NCBI GenBank assembly: GCA_964450885.1 | Contig: CAYVFE010000001.1 | Span: 246,572-310,571, forward strand | DNA from: an uncultured Gammaproteobacteria bacterium | GTDB lineage: Bacteria; Patescibacteriota; Microgenomatia; Levybacterales; GWA1-39-11 | Direction: 5' to 3' | DNA length: 64,000 nucleotides | Shown here: positions 47,363 to 57,215 of the stretch, one piece after another | How positions within the stretch are numbered: position 1 is the first letter of the stretch | How the letters are laid out: the number at the start of each line of letters is the position of its first letter | Notes under the pieces: model-generated | What the model was told of the DNA's origin: nothing | The model's database searches: none | The model's input: only the letters and a program-made list of their open reading frames with translations | Program-made: the position numbers and the translations under genes

Positions 47363-47872
47363 ATGAAAAAGAAAGTTTTTGGAAGAAGATTTAAAAAAGA
47401 TGTAAATCAGAGGAAGGCATTATTTAAAAACTTAATGCGTTCTTTTATACTGAACGAAGAGATTAAGACAACTGAGGCAAAGGCAAAATCAGTAAAAAGC
47501 CAGATTGAAAAACTGGTAACTGTCTCAAAAAAAGGAGAGGAAGCAGCGTACCATCTTAAAAAGGACATAAGTGAGGATGCGGTTAATAAATTAATAAAAG
47601 AGATCGGTCCAAGATTTGAAAAAAGACCAGGAGGTTATACGCGTATAGTAAAATTAGGAAATAGGACAAAAGATAATGCTGATATGGTTCTTCTCGAATT
47701 TGTAGAAAAAGGCGAGAAGACAGTTGAAAAGAAAGTTAAAAAGTCCGAATCTAAAAAAGAGAATAAAAAGACAGTAAAGGCAAACGTAAAAAAGAATGTT
47801 GAGAGTAAAAATATGCAAAAAGTAAAAACCGTCGCACCAAAACAGACAGTAACTCGACAAAAGAAAGGCTAA
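47363..47872 (+). CDS. rplQ: 50S ribosomal protein L17 with Lys-rich tail
   Basis: IKTTEAKAK, RPGGYTRIVK. Confidence 0.96.
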   Translation: MKKKVFGRRFKKDVNQRKALFKNLMRSFILNEEIKTTEAKAKSVKSQIEKLVTVSKKGEEAAYHLKKDISEDAVNKLIKEIGPRFEKRPGGYTRIVKLGNRTKDNADMVLLEFVEKGEKTVEKKVKKSESKKENKKTVKANVKKNVESKNMQKVKTVAPKQTVTRQKKG

Positions 47873-47873
47873 T

Positions 47874-48299
47874 ATGGATAAGACAACTAAAGCAACAAAG
47901 GTAAAAGACATACAAAGAGATTGGCATCTGGTTGATGCTAAGGGAAAAATATTGGGAAGAATCGCAACTGATATCGCACAAAAACTTATGGGTAAAAATA
48001 AATCATATTTTGTTCCGAATTTAGATTGTGGTGATCATGTGGTCTTGATAAATGCTGATAGGGTTGAAGTGAGCGGAAACAAAGAAGATAAGAAGAAATA
48101 TACGAACTACTCTGGTTATCCAGGGGGACTAAGAACTAGAACTTATGCAGAAGTAAAAAAGCAAAACGCAGAAGAAATAATAGTGCATGCAGTGCGAGGG
48201 ATGCTTCCAAAGAACAAGCTAAGAGCAGAGATGTTAAAAAGGCTTCATGTGTCAGATGGTGCAGAGCACGAATACAAAGATAAGTTTTCAAATAACTAA
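47874..48299 (+). CDS. rplM: 50S ribosomal protein L13
   Basis: WHLVDA, LGRIA, DCGDHV, SGYPGGL, AVRGMLPKN. Confidence 0.97.
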   Translation: MDKTTKATKVKDIQRDWHLVDAKGKILGRIATDIAQKLMGKNKSYFVPNLDCGDHVVLINADRVEVSGNKEDKKKYTNYSGYPGGLRTRTYAEVKKQNAEEIIVHAVRGMLPKNKLRAEMLKRLHVSDGAEHEYKDKFSNN

Positions 48300-48302
48300 A
48301 CT

Positions 48303-48758
48303 ATGGTAAAAGCAAAGAAAAATACAGTTAAAGATTATATTCAGACAGTAGGCCGACGTAAGTCAGCAGTGGCTAGAGTTCGACTTTATCCTAGCGTCCG
48401 TAAAGTACAGCTTGGAGACCTAGAGATCGAAAAAGGAGAGGTTAGCGTAAATGGAAAAATGATGAAAGACTATTTTGGATTTAAAGCATACGCACCAGAG
48501 TTCAACAAGTTCCTCAAGAAATTAGGAGCAGAAGGAAAATTCATCTTTACCGTAAAAGTTGCTGGTGGTGGTGCAAGTGGACAGTTAGATGCTATGATCC
48601 ACGGCGTTGCTAGAGCTTTAGACAAACAAGATACGGATGTGTATCACCAGTTGCTTCAAGATAACGGTTACTTAACAAGAGACGCACGAGTTCGTGAGCG
48701 ACGCAAAGTAGGAATGGGCGGAAAAGCCCGACGCAAGCGCCAATCTCCTAAGAGATAG
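48303..48758 (+). CDS. rpsI: 30S ribosomal protein S9
   Basis: GRRKSAVARV, GGGASGQ, LTRDARVRERRK, C-terminal KR. Confidence 0.97.
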   Translation: MVKAKKNTVKDYIQTVGRRKSAVARVRLYPSVRKVQLGDLEIEKGEVSVNGKMMKDYFGFKAYAPEFNKFLKKLGAEGKFIFTVKVAGGGASGQLDAMIHGVARALDKQDTDVYHQLLQDNGYLTRDARVRERRKVGMGGKARRKRQSPKR

Positions 48759-49218
48759 TATCTATTTCCTGTAGAACTTTTTTTATCACATCCCAACTGT
48801 ATCCTCGCGACTGTAATCTTCCTACGATCCTTTGTTTTCTTTTTTCAGGGTCTAGTCTATTGAATTGATGGAGCCTTTTTCCGATGTATTCTTTTGCTGT
48901 TTTTAGATCGTCTTGAGCATTTTCTAGTGTCATCTCAGATAAATCTTTGTTTATTCCTTTTTGCTTTAATTCATAAGATATCATTCTTTTACTCCTGCCT
49001 TTGAGCTGTCTGTCCCGCGTAAATATTTCTGAGTAATTTTTGTCGTCCAAAAATTTATATTCCACAAGTTTTTCTATAGCAGAAGTTATTTCTTCATCCG
49101 AGAATTCTTTTTTCTTCAGATAATCGTAGATTTCTTTTGTGCTTCTATTTTTGTATGAAAGATATTTTAGCGCTCTATCAAAAGGTGTTAGCGGATTAGT
49201 TTTGTTCGTCTTCATCAT
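48748..49218 (-). CDS. recX: Regulatory protein RecX
   Basis: RSTKEI, FLDD, ELKQKGI, LQSRGYS; overlaps the recA 3' end. Confidence 0.9.
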   Translation of the reverse strand: MMKTNKTNPLTPFDRALKYLSYKNRSTKEIYDYLKKKEFSDEEITSAIEKLVEYKFLDDKNYSEIFTRDRQLKGRSKRMISYELKQKGINKDLSEMTLENAQDDLKTAKEYIGKRLHQFNRLDPEKRKQRIVGRLQSRGYSWDVIKKVLQEIDTIS

Positions 49219-50281
49219 TATCGACTCCGACTTCTATCATAGACGATCCTGATTTTGTTTTCTCAAGTATTTGCTTTTTAATCTTTTCGGCTACATCTTT
49301 ATTTTCTTTTAGGTACATCTTTGCAGCTTCTTTTCCTTGACCAATTATTTCTCCCTCATATCTTAGGAAAGCCCCATTTTTTTCGACTACACCCATCTCG
49401 ATTCCTACATCAAGTATGCCACCTTCTTTGGAAATACCGTCGGACATGATATCAAATTCTGCGATCCTAAAAGGAGGTGCAACTTTGTTTTTTACGACTT
49501 TTACACGCGATCTAGTACCGATTACTTTGTCTCCTTGTTTTAGTGTTTCGATCCGCCTTATATCCATTCTGATAGACGCATAGAACTTTAACGCCAGTCC
49601 TCCGGGTGTTGTTTCTGGGTTACCGAACATGACTCCGATCTTTTGTCTTAGTTGATTTGTAAATATTAGAACAGTTCTGCTTTTTGAGATTATTCCTGTA
49701 AGTTTTCTTAATGCTTGCGACATGAGGCGTGCCTGCATCCCCATTACAGAATCTCCCATCTCTCCTTCTATCTCAGCGCGGGGTACGAGAGCGGCTACCG
49801 AGTCAACAACAACGACATCTATTCCACCGCTGCGTATCAACTGTTCCGTTATTTCAAGTGCCTGTTCTCCAGTGTCTGGTTGGGAGATCAGAAGGTCATC
49901 CAGCTTTACCCCGATGGTCTGAGCCCACATAGGGTCTAGTGCGTGCTCAGCATCGATAAATGCTACAACGCCTCCCTTTTTCTGGGCTTCTGCAATGAGT
50001 GAAAGACTAACTGTAGTTTTTCCTGACGCTTCCGGACCATAAATTTCAATCACACGCCCCCGAGGTAGTCCGCCAACTCCGAGCGCTATGTCGAGTGGGA
50101 ATGCGCCGGTTGGTATAACGTCGATTGTGAGGTTTTCGTTTTTGTCTCCGAATTTCATGATGGAGCCTTTTCCATATTGCTTCTCGATTTGCTCCATTGC
50201 CATCTTTATGGCTCCTGCGCGTCCCGATTCTTCTACTTGTCCTTGAGGTATTACTTTCGATGATTTAGCTGACTTTGCCAT
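49196..50281 (-). CDS. recA: Recombinase A
   Basis: [34 protein letters not shown]. Confidence 0.99.
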   Translation of the reverse strand: MAKSAKSSKVIPQGQVEESGRAGAIKMAMEQIEKQYGKGSIMKFGDKNENLTIDVIPTGAFPLDIALGVGGLPRGRVIEIYGPEASGKTTVSLSLIAEAQKKGGVVAFIDAEHALDPMWAQTIGVKLDDLLISQPDTGEQALEITEQLIRSGGIDVVVVDSVAALVPRAEIEGEMGDSVMGMQARLMSQALRKLTGIISKSRTVLIFTNQLRQKIGVMFGNPETTPGGLALKFYASIRMDIRRIETLKQGDKVIGTRSRVKVVKNKVAPPFRIAEFDIMSDGISKEGGILDVGIEMGVVEKNGAFLRYEGEIIGQGKEAAKMYLKENKDVAEKIKKQILEKTKSGSSMIEVGVDNDEDEQN

Positions 50282-50373
50282 ATTCAATTAATCCCATTGT
50301 AGCAACTTTTGTTATAAATTCAATACCGTAAAATTTAGTTTGCGTTGATTTTATCTGATAAAATATATTTCTA

Positions 50374-50444
50374 CGGGGTGTAGTTTAAAGGTAGAATGCG
50401 CGGCTGGGGGTCGTGTGGCTGGAGTTCGATTCTCCGCACCCCGA
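50374..50444 (+). tRNA. tRNA-Pro (GGG); CCA not encoded
   Basis: Acceptor stem CGGGGTG/CACCCCG, anticodon loop CTGGGGG, T-loop GTTCGATTC. Confidence 0.92.
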
Positions 50445-50488
50445 CTTAGAAAAAGCTAAAGCATTTTACTTTATGATAAGATTACTAT

Positions 50489-50767
50489 ATGAAAATGAGT
50501 CTTGAACAAATAAATAAAGAGCTAGTAGGTTTGGATGGTTGGAATTTAGAAAATGATTCAATTAAGAAAACTTATCAGTTTGAAAATTTTATCGAGTCTA
50601 TCGACTTTATAAATAAAATTGCACCGATTGCAGAAGATATGCAGCACCATCCTGATATTAAGATCAACTACAATAAAGTCGGTATCACCCTTTCGACCCA
50701 TGACCAGGGTGGTGTAACCGAAAAGGACTTTAGACTTGCAGCCAAAATTGATAAACTATCTGCATAG
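50489..50767 (+). CDS. phhB: Pterin-4-alpha-carbinolamine dehydratase
   Basis: AEDMQHHPDI, LSTHDQGGVTEKDF. Confidence 0.92.
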   Translation: MKMSLEQINKELVGLDGWNLENDSIKKTYQFENFIESIDFINKIAPIAEDMQHHPDIKINYNKVGITLSTHDQGGVTEKDFRLAAKIDKLSA

Positions 50768-50794
50768 ATCCTCTGTGATAGAATATTTTGCACG

Positions 50795-51514
50795 ATGACA
50801 AAAAGAAAACTTGCTGTTTTTGATATAGATGGAACCCTCTTCCGTTCGAGCCTTCTCATAGAACTTACCGATGCGCTGGTTAAGTCGAATATATTTCCAG
50901 CAAGCGCAAAAAAAGAAATAGAGAAAGATTATTTATCCTGGCTAAATCGCGAAGGGGAATACGAAAGTTATATAACAAAAGTTGTACAGGTTTATAAGAA
51001 AAATATCGTCGGGAAAAATGAGTCAGAAATTGAGCAAACAGTCTTGCAGGTGCTCTCGAAAGAAAAGAAGAAAGTTTATAGGTATACAAGATATCTGATA
51101 AATAGTCTGAAAGAAAAAAACTATTTTTTATTTGCTATATCAGGATCTCCTGGGCATATTCTTACCAGTTTTGCAAAAGATTTAGGATTTGATAAATATC
51201 TAGGAGGTTATTACGAGCTAGTCGACGGAAAGTTTACAGGCTTAGAGCCTTATGGAAATCCTGCTATGGATAAGAGAAAAACACTAAATGAATTCTTAAG
51301 TAAAAGTGAAATAGAGTTTGATCTAAAAAATTCTATAGGCGTTGGTGATACTGAGTCAGATATTGCCTTTTTAGAAATGGTAGGGAATCCGATAGCTTTT
51401 AACCCAAATAAAAAATTGGCTTCTCATGCGAGGAAAAATAGATGGAGGATTGTGGTGGAAAGGAAAGATGTAATTTATGGTATTTCTGAGTTTGAATTTC
51501 TAAAAATTCCTTGA
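50795..51514 (+). CDS. HAD-IB hydrolase (SerB-like)
   Basis: FDIDGTL, ISGS, GDTESD, AFNP. Confidence 0.9.
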   Translation: MTKRKLAVFDIDGTLFRSSLLIELTDALVKSNIFPASAKKEIEKDYLSWLNREGEYESYITKVVQVYKKNIVGKNESEIEQTVLQVLSKEKKKVYRYTRYLINSLKEKNYFLFAISGSPGHILTSFAKDLGFDKYLGGYYELVDGKFTGLEPYGNPAMDKRKTLNEFLSKSEIEFDLKNSIGVGDTESDIAFLEMVGNPIAFNPNKKLASHARKNRWRIVVERKDVIYGISEFEFLKIP

Positions 51515-51546
51515 CTTTTTCTCCTGATAACGTTTCAATATAATCA

Positions 51547-52029
51547 ATGGTTAAAGTTTATACTGCTTTATTGAGGATTAGTATCGGTTTTATTTTTCTT
51601 TGGACTTTTTTGGATAAGCTTTTTGGTCTGGGGTTTTCAACTCTTTCTGAGAGGTCATGGATATCAGGGGCTTCTCCTACAGCAGGGTATCTGTCGAATG
51701 CTACACGTGGTCCGCTTGCAGAAGTATTTCAGAGTCTCACCGGCAACCCAGTGACAGATTGGTTGTTTATGCTCGGTATGCTTGGGGTTGGAGTAGCTTT
51801 TGTTTTAGGTATCGCGTTAAAATTTTCCTCCTTCGCTGGAGCTGCGATGATGGCCCTTTTATATCTGTCGGCCTTCCCTCCAGCAACTAATCCGTTGATA
51901 GATAATCACGTAGTTTACGCTTTGCTGTTGTTATTTTTAGCGCAAGCAGATGCAGGAAATTATTTGGGATTTGGAAAAAATTGGAACAAAGGCTCAGTAG
52001 TAAAAATGTTTCCCTTCCTTCGTAATTAA
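51547..52029 (+). CDS. DoxX-family membrane protein
   Basis: LRISIGFIFLW, DKLFGLGF, four hydrophobic segments. Confidence 0.8.
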   Translation: MVKVYTALLRISIGFIFLWTFLDKLFGLGFSTLSERSWISGASPTAGYLSNATRGPLAEVFQSLTGNPVTDWLFMLGMLGVGVAFVLGIALKFSSFAGAAMMALLYLSAFPPATNPLIDNHVVYALLLLFLAQADAGNYLGFGKNWNKGSVVKMFPFLRN

Positions 52030-52035
52030 GTAATT

Positions 52036-53688
52036 TTACCAGCTTGTTCTTAGGTGATCCATTGCATATTTCAAATCTCCGTTTACTTTCTTTCTGGGGT
52101 TAAATATATTCTGTGGGTCAAAAATCTCTTTTGTTTCTTCAAATAGCTTTATAATTTTTTCTCCGTACATTTCTTCGAGATAAGGAGTCCTTATAAGACC
52201 GTCATTATGCTCCCCAGTTATAGATCCTTTATGTTTTGCGACGACCTTGTATACTTGATCAGAAATCTCCGGGATTGCAGTCCTTACTTTTGGATTCTTA
52301 ATATCGACTAGGGGAATAATGTGGAAATTCCCATCACCTACGTGACCTGCGACTGTAAAAATAAATTTAGGATGCTTTCTTAATATGTCGGTAATTTTCG
52401 GAATAACATCTGCGATATCATAAGGACTTATTACAAAATCATCTATAAAAGGAGCCGTGTGTTTATTTCTGATTTTTTTTCTAAGTAAATTAAAGCTTTC
52501 TCGTCTTACAAGCCAGTATTTCTTCTGTTCTTCTTCTTCTGCGATTTGCGTTACTTTCCTTAGAGATTTTAATTTTTCTCTAAGAGTATTCAATTTTGTT
52601 TTTACTTCATCAGGGTCATTGCTTGCAAATTCGACTTGAAGCACCAAGCTCGGTAGCCTTTTGCCTGTAAATAAGGAGAGAAAAGCAGGCATAAAAGCTA
52701 GTCCTGCCTGGATCATTCCGACCGGACCTAATTGTCTTGCGAATTCCGGGAAATATTTTAGAGCAAGCTTTAGAGTGTTATCGTCATACGATTCAAAACT
52801 TTCAGGTTTCAAAGGCAGCACTTCGTCTATAATTTTCCCTAAATGAGTCATGCTCCTGAGATAAATTATCAACATTGCACTATGTTTTTTTGTCTCTACC
52901 AGTTCCAAGTCACCTTCGAGCATCAATCCCAGCGTTCCTTGCGCCCCTGCCCACAGCTGAGTTAAGTCAAATGTTTTATTTTCTTTATCGTAAACATTCC
53001 ATAGAGAATATCCTGCAGAGTTTTTGGATACGTTTGGTTTGGCATCCATTATAGTTTTATAGTTGTCATTGATGAGCTTATGCATTTTTCTATATATTTC
53101 GCCCTCAAAATTTTTCTGTGCCATTTTCTTTTCGAGCTCTTCCTTATTTAGTTTTTTAAGTTCATAAGTATTTCCATCACTAAGAACTACCTCCACTCGC
53201 CTTATATATTTTTCTGTCTTCCCATACTGTAGAGATTTTTCTCCGCCAGAATTATTATTGAAAATCCCTCCAATAGCGCAAAGGCCTTTTGAGGCAGGGT
53301 AAGATGGGAAGATTAAATTTTTCTCAAGTGTTCTCAATTCAAAATCACGATAAAGTACGCCGGGTTGAACAGTTGCTATATTTCCGATGATTTTTGGGTC
53401 CTTGTTGAAATATTTCCCGAAAGCGATAATTATGGACTCGTTTATAGCCCCTCCGCTCATGTCCGTTCCCGCACTGCGTCCTGTTATAGATAGTCTAGGG
53501 TTGCCCTCTTTATGCTTATTGACGAATTTCACCAAGGCTCTTACGTCATTTTCGTCTTTTGGAAAAACTACGACCTGAGGCTTTATTTCAAATAAAGAAG
53601 CATCATGGCTGTATTCAGCAAGAACAGTCTCATCATTTGAAACATCACCTTTAATTATTTTTTTTAATTCTTCAAACAGATTATCCAT
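52036..53688 (-). CDS. FAD-linked 2-hydroxyacid oxidoreductase (GlcD/Dld family), paralog 2
   Basis: DASLF, RSAGTDMSGG, GAQGTLG, GHVGDGNFH, GEHNDG, IFNP. Confidence 0.88.
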   Translation of the reverse strand: MDNLFEELKKIIKGDVSNDETVLAEYSHDASLFEIKPQVVVFPKDENDVRALVKFVNKHKEGNPRLSITGRSAGTDMSGGAINESIIIAFGKYFNKDPKIIGNIATVQPGVLYRDFELRTLEKNLIFPSYPASKGLCAIGGIFNNNSGGEKSLQYGKTEKYIRRVEVVLSDGNTYELKKLNKEELEKKMAQKNFEGEIYRKMHKLINDNYKTIMDAKPNVSKNSAGYSLWNVYDKENKTFDLTQLWAGAQGTLGLMLEGDLELVETKKHSAMLIIYLRSMTHLGKIIDEVLPLKPESFESYDDNTLKLALKYFPEFARQLGPVGMIQAGLAFMPAFLSLFTGKRLPSLVLQVEFASNDPDEVKTKLNTLREKLKSLRKVTQIAEEEEQKKYWLVRRESFNLLRKKIRNKHTAPFIDDFVISPYDIADVIPKITDILRKHPKFIFTVAGHVGDGNFHIIPLVDIKNPKVRTAIPEISDQVYKVVAKHKGSITGEHNDGLIRTPYLEEMYGEKIIKLFEETKEIFDPQNIFNPRKKVNGDLKYAMDHLRTSW

Positions 53689-53700
53689 GGACAGATTTAT

Positions 53701-55374
53701 CTACTTAGTCGCAGAATAGTCAAGAATTTTCCTGCCGCTACCATCGTCTATAAAAAATCTAGAGGAATACTCTTTTGTTACTCCAATCTTTTTCTTTGGA
53801 TTAAAGATTTCTTCCGGATCAAATATTTCCTTTACTTTTTTGAAGATACTATAGACGTCTTTACCATATTGTTCTTCTAGATAAGGTGCTCTTATGAGTC
53901 CATCGTTGTGTTCTCCCGACATCGAACCATCATATTTCCAAACCAGATCAAATACCTTATCAGCCGATTTGTAGATCTTATCTCTTTCAGATTTGTTGCT
54001 CATATCCATGAGTGGGATTATATGAAAGTTTCCATTTCCTATGTGCCCGGCGATAGTGTATTGAAGCTCTTGCTCATTAAGTATCTTGTATACTTGCGGA
54101 AAGTATTCTGTTAGATTTTTTGGATCGACAATAGTGTCATCTATAAATGGTGCAGCATGTTTTCCCTTGACCCGTTGACGTAAAAGATTGAAGCTTTCTC
54201 GTCTTACCGCCCAATATTTATTTTTTTCACGCTTTGTCTTGGCGATCCTAACGTCTATATTTTTGTATATCTTTAGTTCGTCTTTAAGATCTCTCAAGTT
54301 TTGTCTGACTTCTTTTAATGATTCGCTCTCAAATTCTACGATAAGAACAAGCTTTGGCATACCTTTTTTCATAACGTGTATAAATTCAGGTAGAAAAGCG
54401 AGAAATGTATTAAATATATTTGTACGCAAGGCCTTAGTTAGGCCGTAAAAATATTTCAAAGCAAGTCTGAGTGTTTGATCATCGTAGGATTCAAATGCAT
54501 TAGGATTATGTAAAAGGACTTTATTTACTATTTCAGGGAGTGCGTCGTAGTCCTTAAGGTATATGGCAAGTAGGCCTGTATGAGGGACTTTAGGTACGAG
54601 TCTAAGTTTTATGTCTGTTATTATTCCCAGCGTTCCTTGCGCTCCGGTAAATAATTTTGTCATGTCAAAATTATTTCCATCCCATACTTCCCATATGTTA
54701 TAACCTGTAGAATCTTTCGAGACGGATGGCAGTGAATCCTGGATTACTTTTTTATTGTCTTCTACAAGATCAAATATTTTTTTATAGAGTTTTCCTTCGA
54801 AGTCATTTTTTCTCATCTTATTTTCGAGTTCTGCCTTGGTGATTTTTTCAAAAGAATATTCGTTGCCGTCGTTCAGGATTACTTTTAGTTTTTCTACATA
54901 ATCTTTTGCTTTTCCATACTTGAGAGATTTTTCGCCACCAGCATTGTTTGAAACTATTCCTCCCATTTTGCAAAGGAGTTTTGAAGAAGGATATGGGGGA
55001 TATAGAACGTCTAATTTTCCAGCTTGTTTTTCAAGGTCTCTATAAAAAACCCCGGGTTGGAGTGTTACCGAAGACTTGCTCAAGGTTTCGATTTTATTCA
55101 TTTTATCGAGCACTACGAGAATTTGTTGAGTGAGAGAGCCTCCGCTCATGCAAGTTCCTGCAGCTCTCACTGCGACTGACAAATCAGGATTCGTTTTTTT
55201 ATTTTCTATTATAAATTTTACGAGTCTTTCAATATCTGATGCCGTTTCTGGAAAAACAACTATTTTTGGTTTCATTTCAAAGACGCTTGCATCGTGCTTA
55301 TATTTTTCCAGCACTGCATCTTCTGTAGTTACTTTTCCAGGAAGAATTTTATCTAGATCTTCAAATAAGTTCAT
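53701..55374 (-). CDS. FAD-linked 2-hydroxyacid oxidoreductase (GlcD/Dld family), paralog 1
   Basis: DASVF, RAAGTCMSGG, GAQGTLG, GHIGNGNFH, GEHNDG, IFNP. Confidence 0.88.
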   Translation of the reverse strand: MNLFEDLDKILPGKVTTEDAVLEKYKHDASVFEMKPKIVVFPETASDIERLVKFIIENKKTNPDLSVAVRAAGTCMSGGSLTQQILVVLDKMNKIETLSKSSVTLQPGVFYRDLEKQAGKLDVLYPPYPSSKLLCKMGGIVSNNAGGEKSLKYGKAKDYVEKLKVILNDGNEYSFEKITKAELENKMRKNDFEGKLYKKIFDLVEDNKKVIQDSLPSVSKDSTGYNIWEVWDGNNFDMTKLFTGAQGTLGIITDIKLRLVPKVPHTGLLAIYLKDYDALPEIVNKVLLHNPNAFESYDDQTLRLALKYFYGLTKALRTNIFNTFLAFLPEFIHVMKKGMPKLVLIVEFESESLKEVRQNLRDLKDELKIYKNIDVRIAKTKREKNKYWAVRRESFNLLRQRVKGKHAAPFIDDTIVDPKNLTEYFPQVYKILNEQELQYTIAGHIGNGNFHIIPLMDMSNKSERDKIYKSADKVFDLVWKYDGSMSGEHNDGLIRAPYLEEQYGKDVYSIFKKVKEIFDPEEIFNPKKKIGVTKEYSSRFFIDDGSGRKILDYSATK

Positions 55375-56360
55375 TTACGGCTTATTACCTTTTTGACAGC
55401 GGAGTAGATAGCATCGCTATCCATTCCATACTTTTTAAGTAGTTCTTCTGGTTTTCCGGATTCTCCGAATACATCCCTCATCCCAACAAACTCCATTGGA
55501 GTCGGATTATTTTGTGCGAGTAGCTCTGATATAGCTCCACCCAGTCCTCCCGCTATTTGATGATCTTCGGCAGTCACAACAGCGCCCGTTTGCTTTGCTT
55601 GGGTGAGAATGGTCTCGTTGTCTAAAGGTTTGATAGTATGAACATTTGTGACCATAACTTCTATGCCTTCCTCTTCCAGTTTTTTTGCTGCGACAAGCGC
55701 GTAATACGTCATATATCCCATTGCAAAAATAACTGCTTTTGGATTTTCGCCAGTCCAAAAAGTCTGGGCTTTTCCAATCTCAAATGGGGTATTCTCTGTT
55801 GTCATTATAGGAGATTTATCCCTTGAGAACCTGAGATAGTATGGTCCATATTCTTTCCCACTTGCGATTGTCGCAAGCTTTCCCTGGACGCTATCACATG
55901 GCACTATTACTTTTATATTTGGCCACGGCCTTACTGAGGCAATATCCTCAGTTGCCTGATGTGTAGCACCGTCCGGACCCGTCATAGTCCCTGCGTGGTG
56001 GCCTGCTACTTTTACATTCGAATTGTTATATACGATCGTCGTTCTTATCGTTTCCCAGTTTTTGCCAGGAGAAAATGTCGCGTATGAAGACATGAACACA
56101 GTCTTGCCGGACACTCCCATCCCCGCTGCTATCGCCGCCATATTTTGCTCAGCAACCCCGACTTGTATAAAGCGCTCAGGATACTTTTTAGCAAATCCAT
56201 CTGCTTTTGTGGATTCGGTTAGGTCTGCAGAGAGGGCGACTACATTCGGATCTGTGTCTGCGAGTGCCACAAGCCCCGTTCCATATCCTTTTCGGGTAGA
56301 ATCTTTTTCTACATCTGCATCAAATATTTTTTCGTTTAGATTTAGATCTTTATTAAGCAT
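55371..56360 (-). CDS. Transketolase C-terminal subunit
   Basis: GVAEQNM, DGATHQ, TIKPLD, EDHQIAGGLG. Confidence 0.93.
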   Translation of the reverse strand: MLNKDLNLNEKIFDADVEKDSTRKGYGTGLVALADTDPNVVALSADLTESTKADGFAKKYPERFIQVGVAEQNMAAIAAGMGVSGKTVFMSSYATFSPGKNWETIRTTIVYNNSNVKVAGHHAGTMTGPDGATHQATEDIASVRPWPNIKVIVPCDSVQGKLATIASGKEYGPYYLRFSRDKSPIMTTENTPFEIGKAQTFWTGENPKAVIFAMGYMTYYALVAAKKLEEEGIEVMVTNVHTIKPLDNETILTQAKQTGAVVTAEDHQIAGGLGGAISELLAQNNPTPMEFVGMRDVFGESGKPEELLKKYGMDSDAIYSAVKKVISRK

Positions 56361-57213
56361 TTATTCTCCCTTCTATGTCTTGTTGGATTATTTCAAGTTC
56401 TGCTAATGCTTTTTCTGCTTCTTCCTCAGTGGGTGGCTTACCGTGCCATGTATAATCATTTTCCATAAAGGAAACGTTTTTTCCCGGAACAGTATTTGCG
56501 AGTATGAATATGGGTTTGTCTTCTATTTTTTTTGCTTCATCTATAGCATTTATGATTTCGGAAAAATTATTTCCATCGATCTCAATCACATGCCATCCGA
56601 ATGCTTCATATTTTTCCTTCAAAGGATCAAGCGGCATAACATCAGTCGTCCTTCCGTCTATTTGGATATAGTTTCTATCTATAATTTGGATCAGATTATT
56701 CAATTTATATTTTGGAGCAAGCATAGCAGCCTCCCAGGTATTGCCCTCCTGGTGTTCGCCATCTGATGTCAGACAGTATATATAGTAGTTTTTCTTGTCC
56801 ATCTTGCCAACTAGTGCCATGCCGATGGCTTGAGAAAGACCTTCTCCTAGAGGACCAGATGTATTTTCTATTCCTGGAAGTGTGCCCCGATGTGGATGAC
56901 CTTGCAGACGGGATTCTATTTTTCGCAATGTATCAAGTTCTTCTATTGGAAAATATCCGGCTTTTGCGAGTGTCGCGTAAAACACAGGACAGATATGACC
57001 GTTTGAAAGCAGTACTTTATCGCGGTCTTCCCAGTCAGGATTACTTGGATCAAAATTTAACGAATTGAAATAGATTGCAGTAAAGATATCCGCCATGCCA
57101 AGTGGTCCTCCCGAGTGTCCAGACCCTGCTTTCACCAGCATTTTTATAATTAACATTCTTATTTCGTTTGCGGTTTTTTGTAGTTCGAGGATTTTTTTGT
57201 CGTCAATCGGCAT
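56353..57213 (-). CDS. Transketolase N-terminal subunit
   Basis: SGHSGG, LSNGH, LQGHP, SDGEHQEG TPP motif, WHG. Confidence 0.93.
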   Translation of the reverse strand: MPIDDKKILELQKTANEIRMLIIKMLVKAGSGHSGGPLGMADIFTAIYFNSLNFDPSNPDWEDRDKVLLSNGHICPVFYATLAKAGYFPIEELDTLRKIESRLQGHPHRGTLPGIENTSGPLGEGLSQAIGMALVGKMDKKNYYIYCLTSDGEHQEGNTWEAAMLAPKYKLNNLIQIIDRNYIQIDGRTTDVMPLDPLKEKYEAFGWHVIEIDGNNFSEIINAIDEAKKIEDKPIFILANTVPGKNVSFMENDYTWHGKPPTEEEAEKALAELEIIQQDIEGRINA

Positions 57214-57215
57214 AA

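Noticed and set aside
50374-50444. tRNA-Pro as an island integration site
   Set aside because: No integrase and no duplicated tRNA 3' end seen in the window
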